NCBI GenBank assembly: GCA_030324005.1
Contig: JARDVH010000149.1
Span: forward strand, 22,080,116-22,144,115
Direction: 5' to 3'
DNA: 64,000 nt
From: Negaprion brevirostris
Lineage: Eukaryota
Below are positions 14,119-27,546 of this stretch, in pieces (position 1 is the first letter of the stretch; each line of letters opens with the position of its first letter). The notes beneath the pieces are model-generated. The model was not told the DNA's origin and searched no databases. It worked only from the letters and a program-made list of their open reading frames with translations. The position numbers and the translations under genes are program-made.

Positions 14119-14699
14119 TTGCGTACAATGTTTGCTGAGCATTTCTTTAGTATGGCTTATAAATTCTTTCAATTTTGTTGTTTGCTCAGAATTCACAAAT
14201 ACTTGTCTGCCATTGGTCAATGCATTTAAAATTATGTTTACCCACCAGGGAAGAACAACATCTATATTCCAAATGATTAATTTAAAAGTTAACAACTTCT
14301 GTGACAGAATGTATATTGCTGCTTTTAAATGTACAAGTGTTTAATTGTTCAAGAGCCTTACATTATTCAATAGTAGGCTTAATCTTACATGTGTAGGTGC
14401 TTTCTTTAGGTTTGTATAAATCTGGGGTCAATGGGTTAAGAAGGACTTGGATGGTGAAGAGAGCACAAATCCCTCCCACTTAAAATACACTCAGTGTGCA
14501 GGTAATCAAAAAATCATCAACCAAAACATCAGGCATATCAAACTTTGTGGCAATGAAGAATTGGCAACAGGTAGGGGATACTACACATAGCTTTCAGCAA
14601 TAATCCTGCATACAAGCAACTTTGGAGTGACTGTCCTCTGTCAAAGATCTAGAGAGATGTGGAGTTTGTACCCTCCTGAGACAGTAAAGCAGATGCTTT

Positions 14700-17600
14700 C
14701 AGATGCGCTGCTCTCTCCACAATGCAGTGAAGAGGCAGATAAGAAACCCTAAACATAGCCTGCGCTCCCTGTTCCTGACAAGATCTGTTCACCAACATCA
14801 AAATGTAAAGAACAAGATTACTAGTCATCGTATGAAGCTCAGTTCATGGGATACCAGAGCACTTCAAGGCACCAATACAAGACAGATGACAGAACAACCC
14901 TTATAGTCGGAATACTGAGGAGGAACAATATTGACATGGCTGTCCCAAGAGAAACACGGTTCACTGAGGCGTCTCAATTTGAGGTGTTTGGTGAATTCTC
15001 TATATTTTACTGGATTGACAAGTTCAAGGACCAGTCTCGACAATCGGGCGTGCCACTTAATCTGAGGTGGCACACAGGTTTGACTCACTTTCTATGGTGA
15101 TTAATCATCAACCCATGGCCCTTCATTTAAGCCTTGTCAGAAATCAGCATGCAGCATACATGAGCGTCTATTTTCCAACAATGACATGAACAGGTGAGGT
15201 CAAAGAAACATTGTATAATGATCTCAGCAAGATAACTAGAGATATACCTCATGAGGACAAACCCCAGCGTGGTGATTTCAGTGCCCAATTAGGCATGGAC
15301 TGTAATATATGGGAAGGAGTACTAGAATACCACAGTATTGGCAAAGCAAACTCCAGAGGCCAGTTCTAAGTTTAGCAGGTTTGAACTAGCCATCACTAAC
15401 ACAATCTTCCAGCAAGCAGATAAACTGAAAACAACATGGACGCACCCCAGATCCAAACACTGGCACATGTTGGACTATGTTATTGTATAACAGAGATCTC
15501 TAGGAATTGCAGCAGTGCTTTGACAAAGAGTCATTTGGACTTGAAATGTCAGCTGTTTTCTCTCCTTATGGATACTGCCTGCTGAGATTTTCCAGCATGT
15601 TCTCTTTTGGTCCCTAGGAAATGTGCTCGACCTGCTCCATTGGAAGTGTGAAATGCTGGTCTGACCATTGGCTTGTCAGGAGTGTTGTATCATTTGATGA
15701 GTCAAAAGGGAAGCTTGAGGTAACTTTTGTCAAAGACATAGCCAAGAGACAAGAGTGTAACACTGATAAGCAGGAGGNNNNNNNNNNNNNNNNNNNNNNN
15801 NNNNNNNNNNNNNNNNNNNNNNNNNNNNNNNNNNNNNNNNNNNNNNNACAGCACAATATCAGAAGTTTTGGGATTTGTTAAATCAAAACACCAAGACTGC
15901 TTAAACAACAACAGCCAAGGCATACACAAGCTTCTAAACAAAGTGCACGACACTCTGAGATCTTACATATCCAGCAAGGAACAGCGGAATATAGAATAGC
16001 ACTTCTTTAAATGGCAGAGAAAAGCTTTATAAATGTTATTGAATTGCCACTATGCCAATTGTAATTAAATGTATTCCTGGAGTTTTAACATAGATTCTTG
16101 CCATTAGTTGACCGATGCATCCATGCTTTTGATACAGTGTCTCCCATGCCAGTTAGAAAGCAGGGCGGAAACAGTAGACATGGGAGAGGGGGGCTTTCAG
16201 GGCCCATTCTCCACAGGCATAAATTGAGTTAGGGCTGCCGACTCTCACAAAAGGGTCGTAATGGTATTTGCGTCAGGGAAAGCTCAGAATGAGATATTCC
16301 TGGCCCCTCACTGGTGATGTAATCAGATTCAACCCAACGAAGGCCTGAACCTGACTACGATCAATTTTAGTAGATTTAAATATTTCTAAAAAAGCTTAAT
16401 GCTTTTGATTCTGGGGGCAGTGATGTCTCCTCCATCCCCCGCAAGATCAAGCTGGTGGGAATCACTGCTGTTCTTCAGCTGGGAAGACCACATTAGGGCC
16501 ACTGTAGGCCTGGGGAGGTCAGGGATATGACACCCTGGTACTGCCAGGTTGGTATTGCCAAGGGGCAGGGACTCTAGGGAACTCCATTGGCAGATNNNNN
16601 NNNNNNNNNNNNNNNNNNNNNNNNNNNNNNNNNNNNNNNNNNNNNNNNNNNNNNNNNNNNNNNNNNNNNNNNNNNNNNNNNNNNNNNNNNNNNNNNNNNN
16701 NNNNNNNNNNNNNNNNNNNNNNNNNNNNNNNNNNNNNNNNNNNNNNNNNNNNATGATGCGGCTGTGTGCTATCCTGATATGCTGAAGTCTCAATGTCTGG
16801 TGGGGGGAGGGGGGTATTAAATTTGAAACTCTTCTCCAGAATGACACTACAAAAATGTCCAGCTGCTTTTTTTTTTACAGACAAGAGATCTGGAGAGAAC
16901 TTGGCTGTTTTTCTGGGATGAAACATGCCAGTTTTCAGTCAGAACCTGACACTTTGCTATTTTTTAGGAAAATTCCACCCACAATCTTTGTAGCATGTCA
17001 AATTCAAAAAAATCCCACAAATAAGGACCTGTATATGGTTTTTTTTTTGTTGATCTGAAGAAGGCTTTTAACATAAACAGGGAAGGCCTGTGAAAGATTC
17101 TGTAGAAATTTGCCTACCCTGAAAAATGTTCAGTGTCATTTGCACAATGGCATGATGGCCAGCGTGATGTAAAGTCGATACATCACTGGACACCTATCCT
17201 GTCGTCAGTGGCATCAAGCACCGCTTGTATTGACTCCAGCTCTTCGCCATACATTTCTTTGCTGTGCACCGATAGATGCTCAAAGATCTTGACACAGAAG
17301 TACACCATTCAATTCAGGATAGATTGCAACCTCTTTGATTTGCAAAGGTTCAAGGCTTGCATGAAGGTTATTGAATGGCTACTCAGCAAAATCTTTCTTG
17401 CAGATGGCTACACCCTCATAGCACATACTCCAGGGCTCATTCCATGCTGAGCACAGAAACCCTCCCCATTTAACACCCCAAGCTTAGATTTAAAAGACAA
17501 TCTGAAAGTGTTCAGAGCTTGCAAGCTGGATCCCTGTACATGGAAAGAAACCACCTTGGACAGACCCAAATGGACTATTCTCAGTCATCAAGCGAATTTG

Positions 17601-17800
17601 ACATTTGAGGAGAACAGTCAATTACTTTCAGGACAACCCAGTACAGCACAAAGCCAGAACCTCCATCCTTCCCTGCAGTACTGACTTCATATGCAGTACT
17701 TGCAATTGGTTTTGCAGTTTGAGTCTTAGCTTAGTAATACATGTGAGATAACATCAACCTAGACTGTGATTTTTTTTTTATCGAACACACATTTTCAAAG
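14700..17800 (+). mobile_element. Fragmented RTE-clade LINE (APE + RT), interrupted by gaps and other inserts
   Basis: APE motifs 'KLSSWDTRAL', 'NIDMAV.RETRF', 'TTWTHPRSKHWHMLDYVIV', 'CWSDHWLV'. RT motifs 'NKDLYMVFF', 'IQFRIDCNLFDLQRF...IFLADGYTLIAHT'. Confidence 0.8.
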
Positions 17801-18735
17801 CAACAGGAGAATCCATATATTTGTATGATTTTGTATTTCCCAAGAAAAAGATGCAAAATCTACATAGAAGTTTGTAGCAAATTAATTCATTTCTCTCGGT
17901 GGATTTTCTTTCAGAAGTAATATGAATGGAAGTTGGTTAGTTTAAAAATAAATATTTGAGTGGTATTTTGCCCCAGTTGAAACCATTTGTTGTACAATTT
18001 CATAGTGAATTGATGGATTAATTAAGGTTCATATTTTGAGTCTTCTGTGTGGTACTTTCTATCTTGAGACATTTTAAATTCTAGCTTTGAGGCTGTTTGA
18101 TAAAATTAGACATCTGACAAGTTTGTATTTTCATGATAGTCACATAGCAGCTATTTCAAAGTAACGTGTTGCATGTGAAATCCCTGGAGATGTTTCTGAG
18201 AGATATAATAAGATGCTGCATATGTACAAATTCTTTTATGTTATGGAGCTGTGCCAAACTTGGTATATTCTGAGAGACAATCTGTTGGAAAAGCAAATTG
18301 TGGTATACTGTGTGCAAAGTACTGCATAATTTTATTAATATGCTGTATTAAAAAGTTCCAAACAAATAAATATTTGATTGACAAGTAATCCTTCATTCTG
18401 TCCAATCCTGTTAATTTTCATAAACATTTGTAAGCGAGTGGAACATATTATTTTGAGAAGCCACTAAGCTTGACCAAATATGTGGATCAAATTAACGTAG
18501 CTTAAATAAAAATGATTGCTGATGCACACAATCAGTTTAGGTTAATTTACCTTGTATAGTTGATGTCAGTGATTCCTCACAGCTAGTTTTGCCAGCATTT
18601 GTTTGAACAGATGAATAGAAATAGACAAAAGTCCAATGTAAATCATAATGATTTATTTTAAGACATCCTGTTTTTAAATGAAACCATGTGGTGGTGCATA
18701 AAATATTTTGCGCATATATTTTGCTTTGTATTTAG

Positions 18736-18876
<141 letters not shown>

Positions 18877-19447
18877 TAAGATTTAGCATTGGAAATATTT
18901 TTATACTAATTTTTATTTCAAGTTTACAGTTTACTCAATATTTTGCTTCAGAAATTTTTATTACATTTAATTTAAAAGTCTAATTTCTGAGATCAGCAGT
19001 CAGACATTGCACACTTTCTTTCAGAAAAAGGGTTTACAATACTAAGTGTCACAACTTTACAGCAGCACGTGCTAGTAGACAACAAGAAGGAAAACAGCCT
19101 TGTGGCTCTTACTCTTTGGTGTACTCGGTGGAGAAAATTGAGCTACAAATGTGTTTCCTGTGTTTAAAAGATATGGTAGAAATACCATATCTTTAATTCA
19201 GGTTAGAGAAATTGAGAATGGCCTGGCTTTCACTTTCCTCAGTTTACAAGTCAATATAACTACAGCACTGATCATACTATATCAGCCAAATACAAATTAA
19301 ATATCTGTTTATCAATGGTACATCAGCATTGACAACAGACTGACTGGGGAACAATTGATTGTCCAAAGTCCTTGAATTACATTATGCTATAACCTTCATA
19401 GTATTTTTTTTTTTGTTACTGCATGAAAGCTGAGGAAATATTTCTTA

Positions 19448-19780
19448 ACACATGAAATAAAAGCAGTGAGTAGGCACCAGGCCCTTCAAGCCTGTCCCGC
19501 CATTCAGTGTGACCATGGCTGACCTATGCCAGCCTCGACTCCTTTTCTGTGCCATTTCCCCATAGTCTGCTGTTTCTTGATCTGTGAAATATTTATCCAC
19601 CTCCACTTTAAATACATCTAATGATCCAGTCTCCACTACCCCTTGCGGCAGAGATTCACGATCCCCTGCGAGAAGAAATTTCTGTGCACCTCAGTTTTAA
19701 ATGACCAACCCTTTATCTTGTCACTATGTCCCCGTATTCAAGACTGTCGCACTAGGGAAATCATCTCACCATTTATCCTG
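19448..19780 (-). mobile_element. CR1 LINE 3' fragment
   Basis: Minus-strand 'SLDVFKVEVDKYF' and CR1 3' UTR motif 'ggcccttcaagcctgtcccgccattc'. Confidence 0.75.
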
Positions 19781-20714
19781 ATGAAGATAATAAATCTGAG
19801 TTACCTTTGATCTCCAGAATGATTAGAGTAAGGTGTATTTTTGGCTGAGGAGAATGAGACTTGATAGTGCTAAATGTTATTTTGCTTGATTTTATAATTG
19901 GTTTCATTCTTTGCCATTCATTATGCCCAGATTTATCATTGTTTCTTGTGTGTCACACAACTCAGTGAGCAGAAGACCAGAGCTCTAGCCTTTGAATATT
20001 GAATTGACATCCAGCAAAGTACTCATATCTGATGAATGAAATGGTGTCTCCACTTCTCATCTAATCAGTGTCCTGGTCAGATTCAACACCTATCCAGATA
20101 AAAAGGACATGAGCTACTGAATGCAAAACACTGGAAGAAATTGCCTTACAGTGTAAAAGTTGCCTTTTACACTGTAAAACAGGAAAACATGTTTCAATAA
20201 TACTGAAATCATCTGTTTAGCTTCCTCTGCTACTTCTACCCTTTCACTTTATCCACCAAGCCAAATTTTTACCACCTGTCTCCAATCATGCCTTCTTCAA
20301 ATTCATCTTGTCTTTGAAAACCGCTCAAAGCAAAAATACTAAGAGTTTTTAACACCTATGGAAGAAAAAATCTCTACACACTACAAAGTTAATCATTTTG
20401 ATCTCTGCATGATTTAATAGAGAAATTATTATCGTTAAATTCCCTTTTATAGGCTACAATATGCAATAATTAGACTTGGCATATATTTATTATTTCACAC
20501 TCTGTCTTTGCATATAAACATGCATACTTACAATAATGTTTTAAGAAAATGAACAGATCATAATGTGGTTTAGATATTGACTAAAGTGGTTTTTAAATAC
20601 AATATTTCCTTTAGAGACAAGAATAAATATTGCTATTGATTTATTTGGTGGCTTAAGTATATTACAAATCCTTGGCAGCAATTACAGTTCAACCTACAGA
20701 CAATTTAATACAAT

Positions 20715-21400
20715 TACAGAATTGCTACAGTGCAGACAGGAGATGATTTGGCCCATCATATCTGCCCCAGCCCTCCGAATAAGCAGTTCACTTAGGGCTG
20801 TTCTCCCACCTTCTAATAACTCTGCATGTTCTTCCCTTTCATAAAACAGTCTAATTACTTTCTGAATGCTTTGATTGAACCTGCCTCCACCACACATTCT
20901 GCCATGCATTCTAGACCCTAACCACTTGCTGCATGGAAACATGTTTTCTCGTATAATTTTTGCTTCTTTTGCCAGCTATTTAAATTTACGCCCTGTCATT
21001 CTTGATCCTTTCACAAATGGAAATAGTTTCTTCCTATCTGTTATGTCCAGGCTTCTCACAATTTTTGAATACCCCTACCAAATCTCTCTTCTCCAAGGAA
21101 ACGGAAGTCCTCATTTCTTCAGTTTACCTTCATACTGAAGTTCTTTTTCCCTGAAACCATTCTCGTGAATCTTTTCTGCATTATTCCCAAAACCTTCACA
21201 TCTTTCCTAAAATACTCAATAGGCTTAACTAGCGTCTTATACAAGTCAGCGTAACCTCCTTGCTCTTGTACTCAGTGCCCCTATTAATAAAGCCTTGGAT
21301 ATTGTTTGCTTCATTAATCGCACACTCAGCCTTTCATGTCACCTTTGGTGACACACACATATATACAGAGGGGTCCCTCTGCTCCTGCACATCCTATAGA
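20715..21400 (-). mobile_element. CR1 LINE 3' fragment
   Basis: Antisense CR1 tail and ORF2 end ('ccattctcgtgaatcttttctgca'). Confidence 0.7.
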
Positions 21401-21503
21401 GTAATAAGGTAGAGGTATATCAGCCTGTTTAGTACCTCACGTTTTCTATGATTATTCAATAGCTTGTACAGGAACTGATTGAAAATTCTCATCTTCTTCT
21501 TAG

Positions 21504-21644
21504 GTTGAAGTAGATGGTCAGAAGTTCAAGGGAGCAGGTCCTAATAAGAAGGTAGCAAAGGCCAGTGCTGCTTTAGCTGCCCTTGAAAGATTGTTTTCTG
21601 GTCCCAGTGCTGCAAACAACAAGAAAAAGAGGACTGGTCCTCCG
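21504..21644 (+). CDS. STRBP: STRBP exon, second half of dsRBM2 ([47 protein letters not shown])
   Basis: ttcttcttag| acceptor, CCG|gtaggg donor, 141 nt, phase 0-0. KKVAK dsRBM motif. Confidence 0.97.
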
Positions 21645-22051
21645 GTAGGGTTTCTATGGTTTTCTTTCTGCTTCTTTTGCATTAAGCTGTGTGAATTAGG
21701 TAAGTGACTGATCACAAATAACACACAAACGGTTTTAATCAGAAAAAGGACCTTCTAACACCAATTAATTTATTTACACACCCAAATGTCGTGCTACTTC
21801 CACACATTGTAGCACTTATTTCTGGAATTAACAGTTTCTGTATGAGTCCCCTTGCCTTTTTTTTGTAAGTTTGGTAAATGCACTTTAAGCCTCACAAGTA
21901 GAATGTGTGTTATTTAATTACCTCATTACAGGGTCGACTTCCTTTAAACCTGAAATGATGATGCTTTGAATTGTTTTTAAAACCTGCATTTAATTGAAAT
22001 GAAATTATCATTTATTGGCTGATGCCTTTTCATGTCGTTCATTTTATAAAG

Positions 22052-22178
22052 GCTAAGGGTCCAATTACTGCTCCAGCAGCTGCAGTCCAGTCGCTCAGAG
22101 GCAGAGGCAGAGGAGCCTTGAGCAGAGGAGCATTTGCTGGTGCAGCAGTAACAGCTGCTCCAGGATATCTAACACCAG
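22052..22178 (+). CDS. STRBP: STRBP RG-rich exon ([42 protein letters not shown])
   Basis: tataaag| acceptor (AAG), CAG|gtatga donor, 127 nt, phase 0-1. Matches STRBP 'AVQAVRGRGRGTLTRGAF...AAPGY'. Confidence 0.93.
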
Positions 22179-22759
22179 GTATGACGCATTGCAAAACAGC
22201 AGTGGTCAGAGTTGAAAGTTATCAAGGAAAATGCTTTTTGCATTGTAAATATCTCGGATTTTATATTCTATTGTCTTATGGGTTTTGCTGAAGGCATATA
22301 GAATTAAGTCATCTCTGTTCAAATACTACACAGCCTTGCAAGCACACCTGCATATAATGAAGCTATCAATGATAGCTTTATATGATAGCTATGGTAACTA
22401 CGAAGCTCTCTATCAATGATAGCTTCACAGCTGATTTTGTTAATTTTGCTTACTTACAAGAAAATAACTGAATTAAACCATTTTTAAACCCACTTGGAAA
22501 AATATAATTTGAAGTATTAAAACAACATGATAAAATGTGGAAAGATAAGTATGTGAGGTATAATCATGGCAATGCATTAATAGCTTCATGACATCCACAT
22601 GCCAATATTGGTAATTGTACACAGTGAAAATTAATATTTTGGAAGTATTAAAAACACACAACCAACGCTCACATCAGTTTTAGTACCTACCTCTGCAAGA
22701 TATACTTACTGTCTAGTGATTTTTTTTATTTGGTAAATGGAATACCTCTTGTTTCTTTG

Positions 22760-23067
22760 AATCTTACAGTACAGAAGAAGGACACTCAGCCCATTGAGTC
22801 TGCACTTGACTCTGAAAGGGCATCTCAGGCCTCCCACCCTATCCCCTTAATCCCACACATTTAACATGTCTAATCCACCCAACTTGCACATCTTTGGACA
22901 CTAAGGGGCAATTTAGCATGTCTTTGGACGGTGGGAGGAAACCTGGGCACCCGGAGGAAACCCATGCAGACTTGGGGAGAACCTGCAAACTCCACGCAGT
23001 CACCCAAGGCCAGAATCAAACCCAGGTCCCTGCCTCTGTTTGGCAGCAGTGCTAACCACTGTGCCAC
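22760..23067 (-). mobile_element. HE1-like V-SINE
   Basis: Same head and V-domain as the 13808 and 57812 copies. Confidence 0.85.
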
Positions 23068-23904
23068 TATTTCATGTATTCATACTTTGAAGAATTATAA
23101 AAATAGATTTTTAAATCCCAGCAAAAGTATCAAATGCCAAACAGTTTTAATTCAAGTCTGTTGGTCTCTTAGCATAATATCAGAGTCATCAGATATGGAC
23201 AATCATGGCAGTTAACTAGTTGACCACATATTTGCAGACCTTCAACCCACATGCATTCACTATTGATTGCATGAACTTTCCACTCCTCAGTTGTCCTAGC
23301 TGGCAAAGATGCTTCCTTTTAACCAACACATTGTATTTAACCATTAACAAAGTAATGCATATTTGCCTGGTTCAAGGTGCCCAAGATAAACAAATAAAAA
23401 TCAATGACCCGTTACCCTCATTCTTGCCAGTAACAAGGGAGTATACCTTGATTCGTATTTAGGAAATATTATCCAATTTAGAATGTCATCAACTGCACAT
23501 TCCCTTTCTGATTGGCCATAATGTTTTAATTTTACATATTTATTTCCACATGTATCCTCAAGTTACGTTTTGTAACTAATGTATGGCAAATCAGTTAAAT
23601 GTCTTATTTTTCCAGAGATTATAGCTTCAAACTGTAGTGCCAGGATTTTATGTCATGAATCCTTGCGCAGAAATTAGTAACCTCAGTTGTGCAATCAAAG
23701 GATGTAGCTACAGGTCAAACATTACAGGAGGTAAAAAAGGGAAAATGAATGTGACTCAAATGTGTTACTTTCACATACTTTCTAGCAGCTGGATTGAGAT
23801 TTATTTTTGGACTCATGTTTGTTGCTAATTACTTTGTTCATGGAAATATTTGTTTTCAACTATTGCAAGTTGCACACGGCGTTTTGAGATGTTTTGCAAC
23901 TAAC

Positions 23905-23985
23905 TTAGAGAAACTGAATGCTAGAATGAGACTTGAAACCACCAATCTTCTGACTCAGAGGTGAGACTTCTACTGATTGAGCCAT
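23905..23985 (-). mobile_element. tRNA-like SINE head (Deu-SINE type)
   Basis: Minus strand reads 'tggctcaatcagtagaagtctcacctctgagtcagaagattggtggtttcaagtctc', with A/B-box-like motifs. Confidence 0.5.
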
Positions 23986-26271
23986 AGTTGACAGTATATA
24001 CATACAAGTCGTTGCTGCATGCTTTACAACTATGCAAGCAAAGCACAAAGCTGATTGTTGTTTAAAGCCAAGTTGGTGGATGTCAATCTGTGGAGCTTCT
24101 TTCACAGACTTGTACAAAATTATCCATTTGGTTATGTAGAAGTTCCTTATTATTTACAGAGAGTCAATTGTTGAAATTATGCATTGAGAACGCTTACTGT
24201 AGTAACAATGTTCTTTCAATTTTTCTACCCAACAGTTTTCTCCCCATAGTTACACTGATGGCCATACTTCTTGCAGGAGTGTAGTTCCATAAATACCCTA
24301 CTCAATTCCCTATNNNNNNNNNNNNNNNNNNNNNNNNNNNNNNNNNNNNNNNNNNNNNNNNNNNNNNNNNNNNNNNNNNNNNNNNNNNNNNNNNNNNNNN
24401 NNNNNNNNNNNNNNNNNNNNNNNNNNNNNNNNNNNNNNNNNNNNNNNNNNNNNNNNNNNNNNNNNNNNNNNNNNNNNNNNNNNNNNNNNNNNNNNNNNNN
24501 NNNNNNNNNNNNNNNNNNNNNNNNNNNNNNNNNNNNNNNNNNNNNNNNNNNNNNNNNNNNNNNNNNNNNNNNNNNNNNNNNNNNNNNNNNNNNNNNNNNN
24601 NNNNNNNNNNNNNNNNNNNNNNNNNNNNNNNNNNNNNNNNNNNNNNNNNNNNNNNNNNNNNNNNNNNNNNNNNNNNNNNNNNNNNNNNNNNNNNNNNNNN
24701 NNNNNNNNNNNNNNNNNNNNNNNNNNNNNNNNNNNNNNNNNNNNNNNNNNNNNNNNNNNNNNNNNNNNNNNNNNNNNNNNNNNNNNNNNNNNNNNNNNNN
24801 NNNNNNNNNNNNNNNNNNNNNNNNNNNNNNNNNNNNNNNNNNNNNNNNNNNNNNNNNNNNNNNNNNNNNNNNNNNNNNNNNNNNNNNNNNNNNNNNNNNN
24901 NNNNNNNNNNNNNNNNNNNNNNNNNNNNNNNNNNNNNNNNNNNNNNNNNNNNNNNNNNNNNNNNNNNNNNNNNNNNNNNNNNNNNNNNNNNNNNNNNNNN
25001 NNNNNNNNNNNNNNNNNNNNNNNNNNNNNNNNNNNNNNNNNNNNNNNNNNNNNNNNNNNNNNNNNNNNNNNNNNNNNNNNNNNNNNNNNNNNNNNNNNNN
25101 NNNNNNNNNNNNNNNNNNNNNNNNNNNNNNNNNNNNNNNNNNNNNNNNNNNNNNNNNNNNNNNNNNNNNNNNNNNNNNNNNNNNNNNNNNNNNNNNNNNN
25201 NNNNNNNNNNNNNNNNNNNNNNNNNNNNNNNNNNNNNNNNNNNNNNNNNNNNNNNNNNNNNNNNNNNNNNNNCATTAGATTGGTTCCACTGGTCGGCGCA
25301 ACACCGAGGGCCGAAGGGCCTGTACTGCGCTGTAATGTTCTATGTTCTACGACCCAGTGATAATAGTACGGAGTTCTTTGGCAGGGATGGAAGAAATTGA
25401 TGTTAGCCTTCACAGTGTTTAATTGGAAGAAATTATAGCTCATCCAGCACTGCATGTCAAATAAGTAGTGTAACAACCTCAGAGTGATTCACTTAAGAGA
25501 GGTACAGCTGGAGACCAATCACTGTACAAGTGGAAGCTGTCCCCTTGTCTGCAGGTGATGTAATCAGAAGACAGCATATGGATGAGAGGGATGCTCAGGG
25601 GCTTTCAGAGGTAATATTACAGGTTTGGTGAGAAAAGCCATTGCTAGAGATTGTCTGGTCAGAGTGAAGTCAAGCAAGGGTTAATACAGTGGTGAAGTGA
25701 TGTTGGGAGATGTGTAATGAGTAGGAAAGGAACAAGCAGGGAATAATTTAATTTTCTGGAAGTATTTATCTTTTCACTAGTTCCACTAAAAATTTCTGAT
25801 TCTGACATTTGAGCCACGATTTTATATTGCTCAGGTGGTCACGCACCCAGTCCAGAAATGCGGAAATCACGCACGAAGCTATTGGGAATGCATCCAAATG
25901 TTGTTGCACACTCGTGCAATGTTTTGGTTGGCATGTGCGAGTGTAAGTCAAAAGCACACCCGCTGACAATATAGCAGGCAATTTAACCCATTAAAGAGCC
26001 AGTTGAATGCAATTTTATATGGCCTTCTACTTTTACAGTTGGTAGGCAGGTTGGCCTTTCCTTTTTAGCTGTAACCACAATCCAGGATGAGATGGAACGT
26101 CAGGGCTGAAGTAAGACTAAAAAAAAGTGTCTGGTGACTGAGGTTTGCATTTGAATGTGCTGCCTAGACACTATTTGTAAAGTTCTGTATTTTTATAGGC
26201 CTGCAGCTCCTTGAGACAGCTCCGCACCAACCTGTATTCATTTTCCTCAGTGACTGACCTTTCCCCGCCTT

Positions 26272-27178
26272 GTAAGAAGACTCACAACACCAGGTTAAAG
26301 TGCAACAGGTTTATTTGGTAACACGAGCTTTTGGAGCACTGCCCTTCATCAGGTGAGTGCAGGATTTGGTTCACAAACAGGGCATATTTGGACACAAACT
26401 CAGTTACAAGATAATGGTTGGAATGCGAGTTTAACAGGTAATCAAAACTTTACAGGTGCAGAGAATGCAAGTGGAGAGAGGTTAAGCACAGGTTAAAAGG
26501 TGTGAATTATCTCAAGCTAGGACAATTAGTGAGATTTTGCAAGCCCAGGCAAGTCGTAGGGGTTAGGGATAGTGTGACATGAACCCAAGATCCTGGTTGA
26601 GGCCATCTTCATATGTGCAGAACTTGGCTATCAGTTTCTGCTCGGCAGTTCTGTATTGTGTGTCTTAAAGGCTGCCTTGGAGAACGCTTACTCGAAGATC
26701 AGAGGCTGAAGGTCCTTGACTGCTGAATTGTTCCTGTAAGCGTTCTCCAAGGCAGCCTTCAAAATACACAACAACGTAAAATCGCCGAGCAAAAACTAAT
26801 AGCCAAGTTCCGCATGCATGAGGACAGCCTCACCCGGGATCTTGGGTTCATGTCACACTATCCGTAACCCCCACCATTTGGCCTGGGCTTGCAAAATCTC
26901 ACTAACTGTCCTGGCTTGAGACAATTCACATCTCTTTAACCGGTGCTTTACCCTGTCTCCACATGCATTGTCTGCCCCTGTAAAGACTTGCATTCCACCA
27001 TTATCTTGTTGAGCTTGTGTCTATATATGCCCTATTTGTGAATCAAATCCTGCATTCACTTGATGAAGGGGCAGTGCTCTGAAAGCTTGTGCTAGCAAAT
27101 AAACCTGTTGGACTTTTAGCTGGTGTTGTGAGACTTCTTACTGTGCCTACCCCAGTCCAACACCGGCATCTCCACATC
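26272..27178. mobile_element. Penelope-like element 3' end in inverted (palindromic) configuration
   Basis: Arms 26272-26691 and 26736-27141 are reverse complements. The right arm encodes 'VSVLQGSLQNTQQRKIAEQKLIAKFRMHEDSLTRDLGFMSHY' (GIY-YIG C-terminus). Hammerhead-like cores; ~15-bp flanking direct repeat (26259-26273 / 27178-27192, 13/15 match). Confidence 0.85.
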
Positions 27179-27413
27179 TTTTCCTGCCTTGTCTGGCAGC
27201 TCTGAGCCTTTCCCAGCATGCATTACATGTTGGCTGCCCAAAATTGTGTTCTGGGGTTGATGGTGCAAGAAGCATGTTTCATATCTGCTTCCAGGCCCAC
27301 CTAGTGCACTTGCCTAAAAGGTGAAAAATTCAGGCTATGATTGTAGTACTGTATCACTCGCTCCCAGTGTTTGTAGATTGGTATTTTACTTCTGATTTTA
27401 TTGTAACGCTGGT

Positions 27414-27546
27414 TTTGATTTGATTTAATATTGTCATATGTATTGGTATACAATGAAAACTGTTATTTCTTGCGTGGTATCAGACAAAACATACTGTTCA
27501 TAAAATACATAGGGGAGAAGGAAAAGAGAGGGTACAGAATATAGTG
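27414..27546 (-). mobile_element. Rex1-like 3' UTR stub
   Basis: Same 'tttgatttgattta.tattgtca' tail and 3' UTR as the 11780 and 12979 copies. Confidence 0.7.

Noticed and set aside
24271-25476. Long 335-388 aa ORFs in the track, and similar ones at 38850-39400 and 54826-55217
   Set aside because: They are runs of N translated as X (gaps), not coding sequence.
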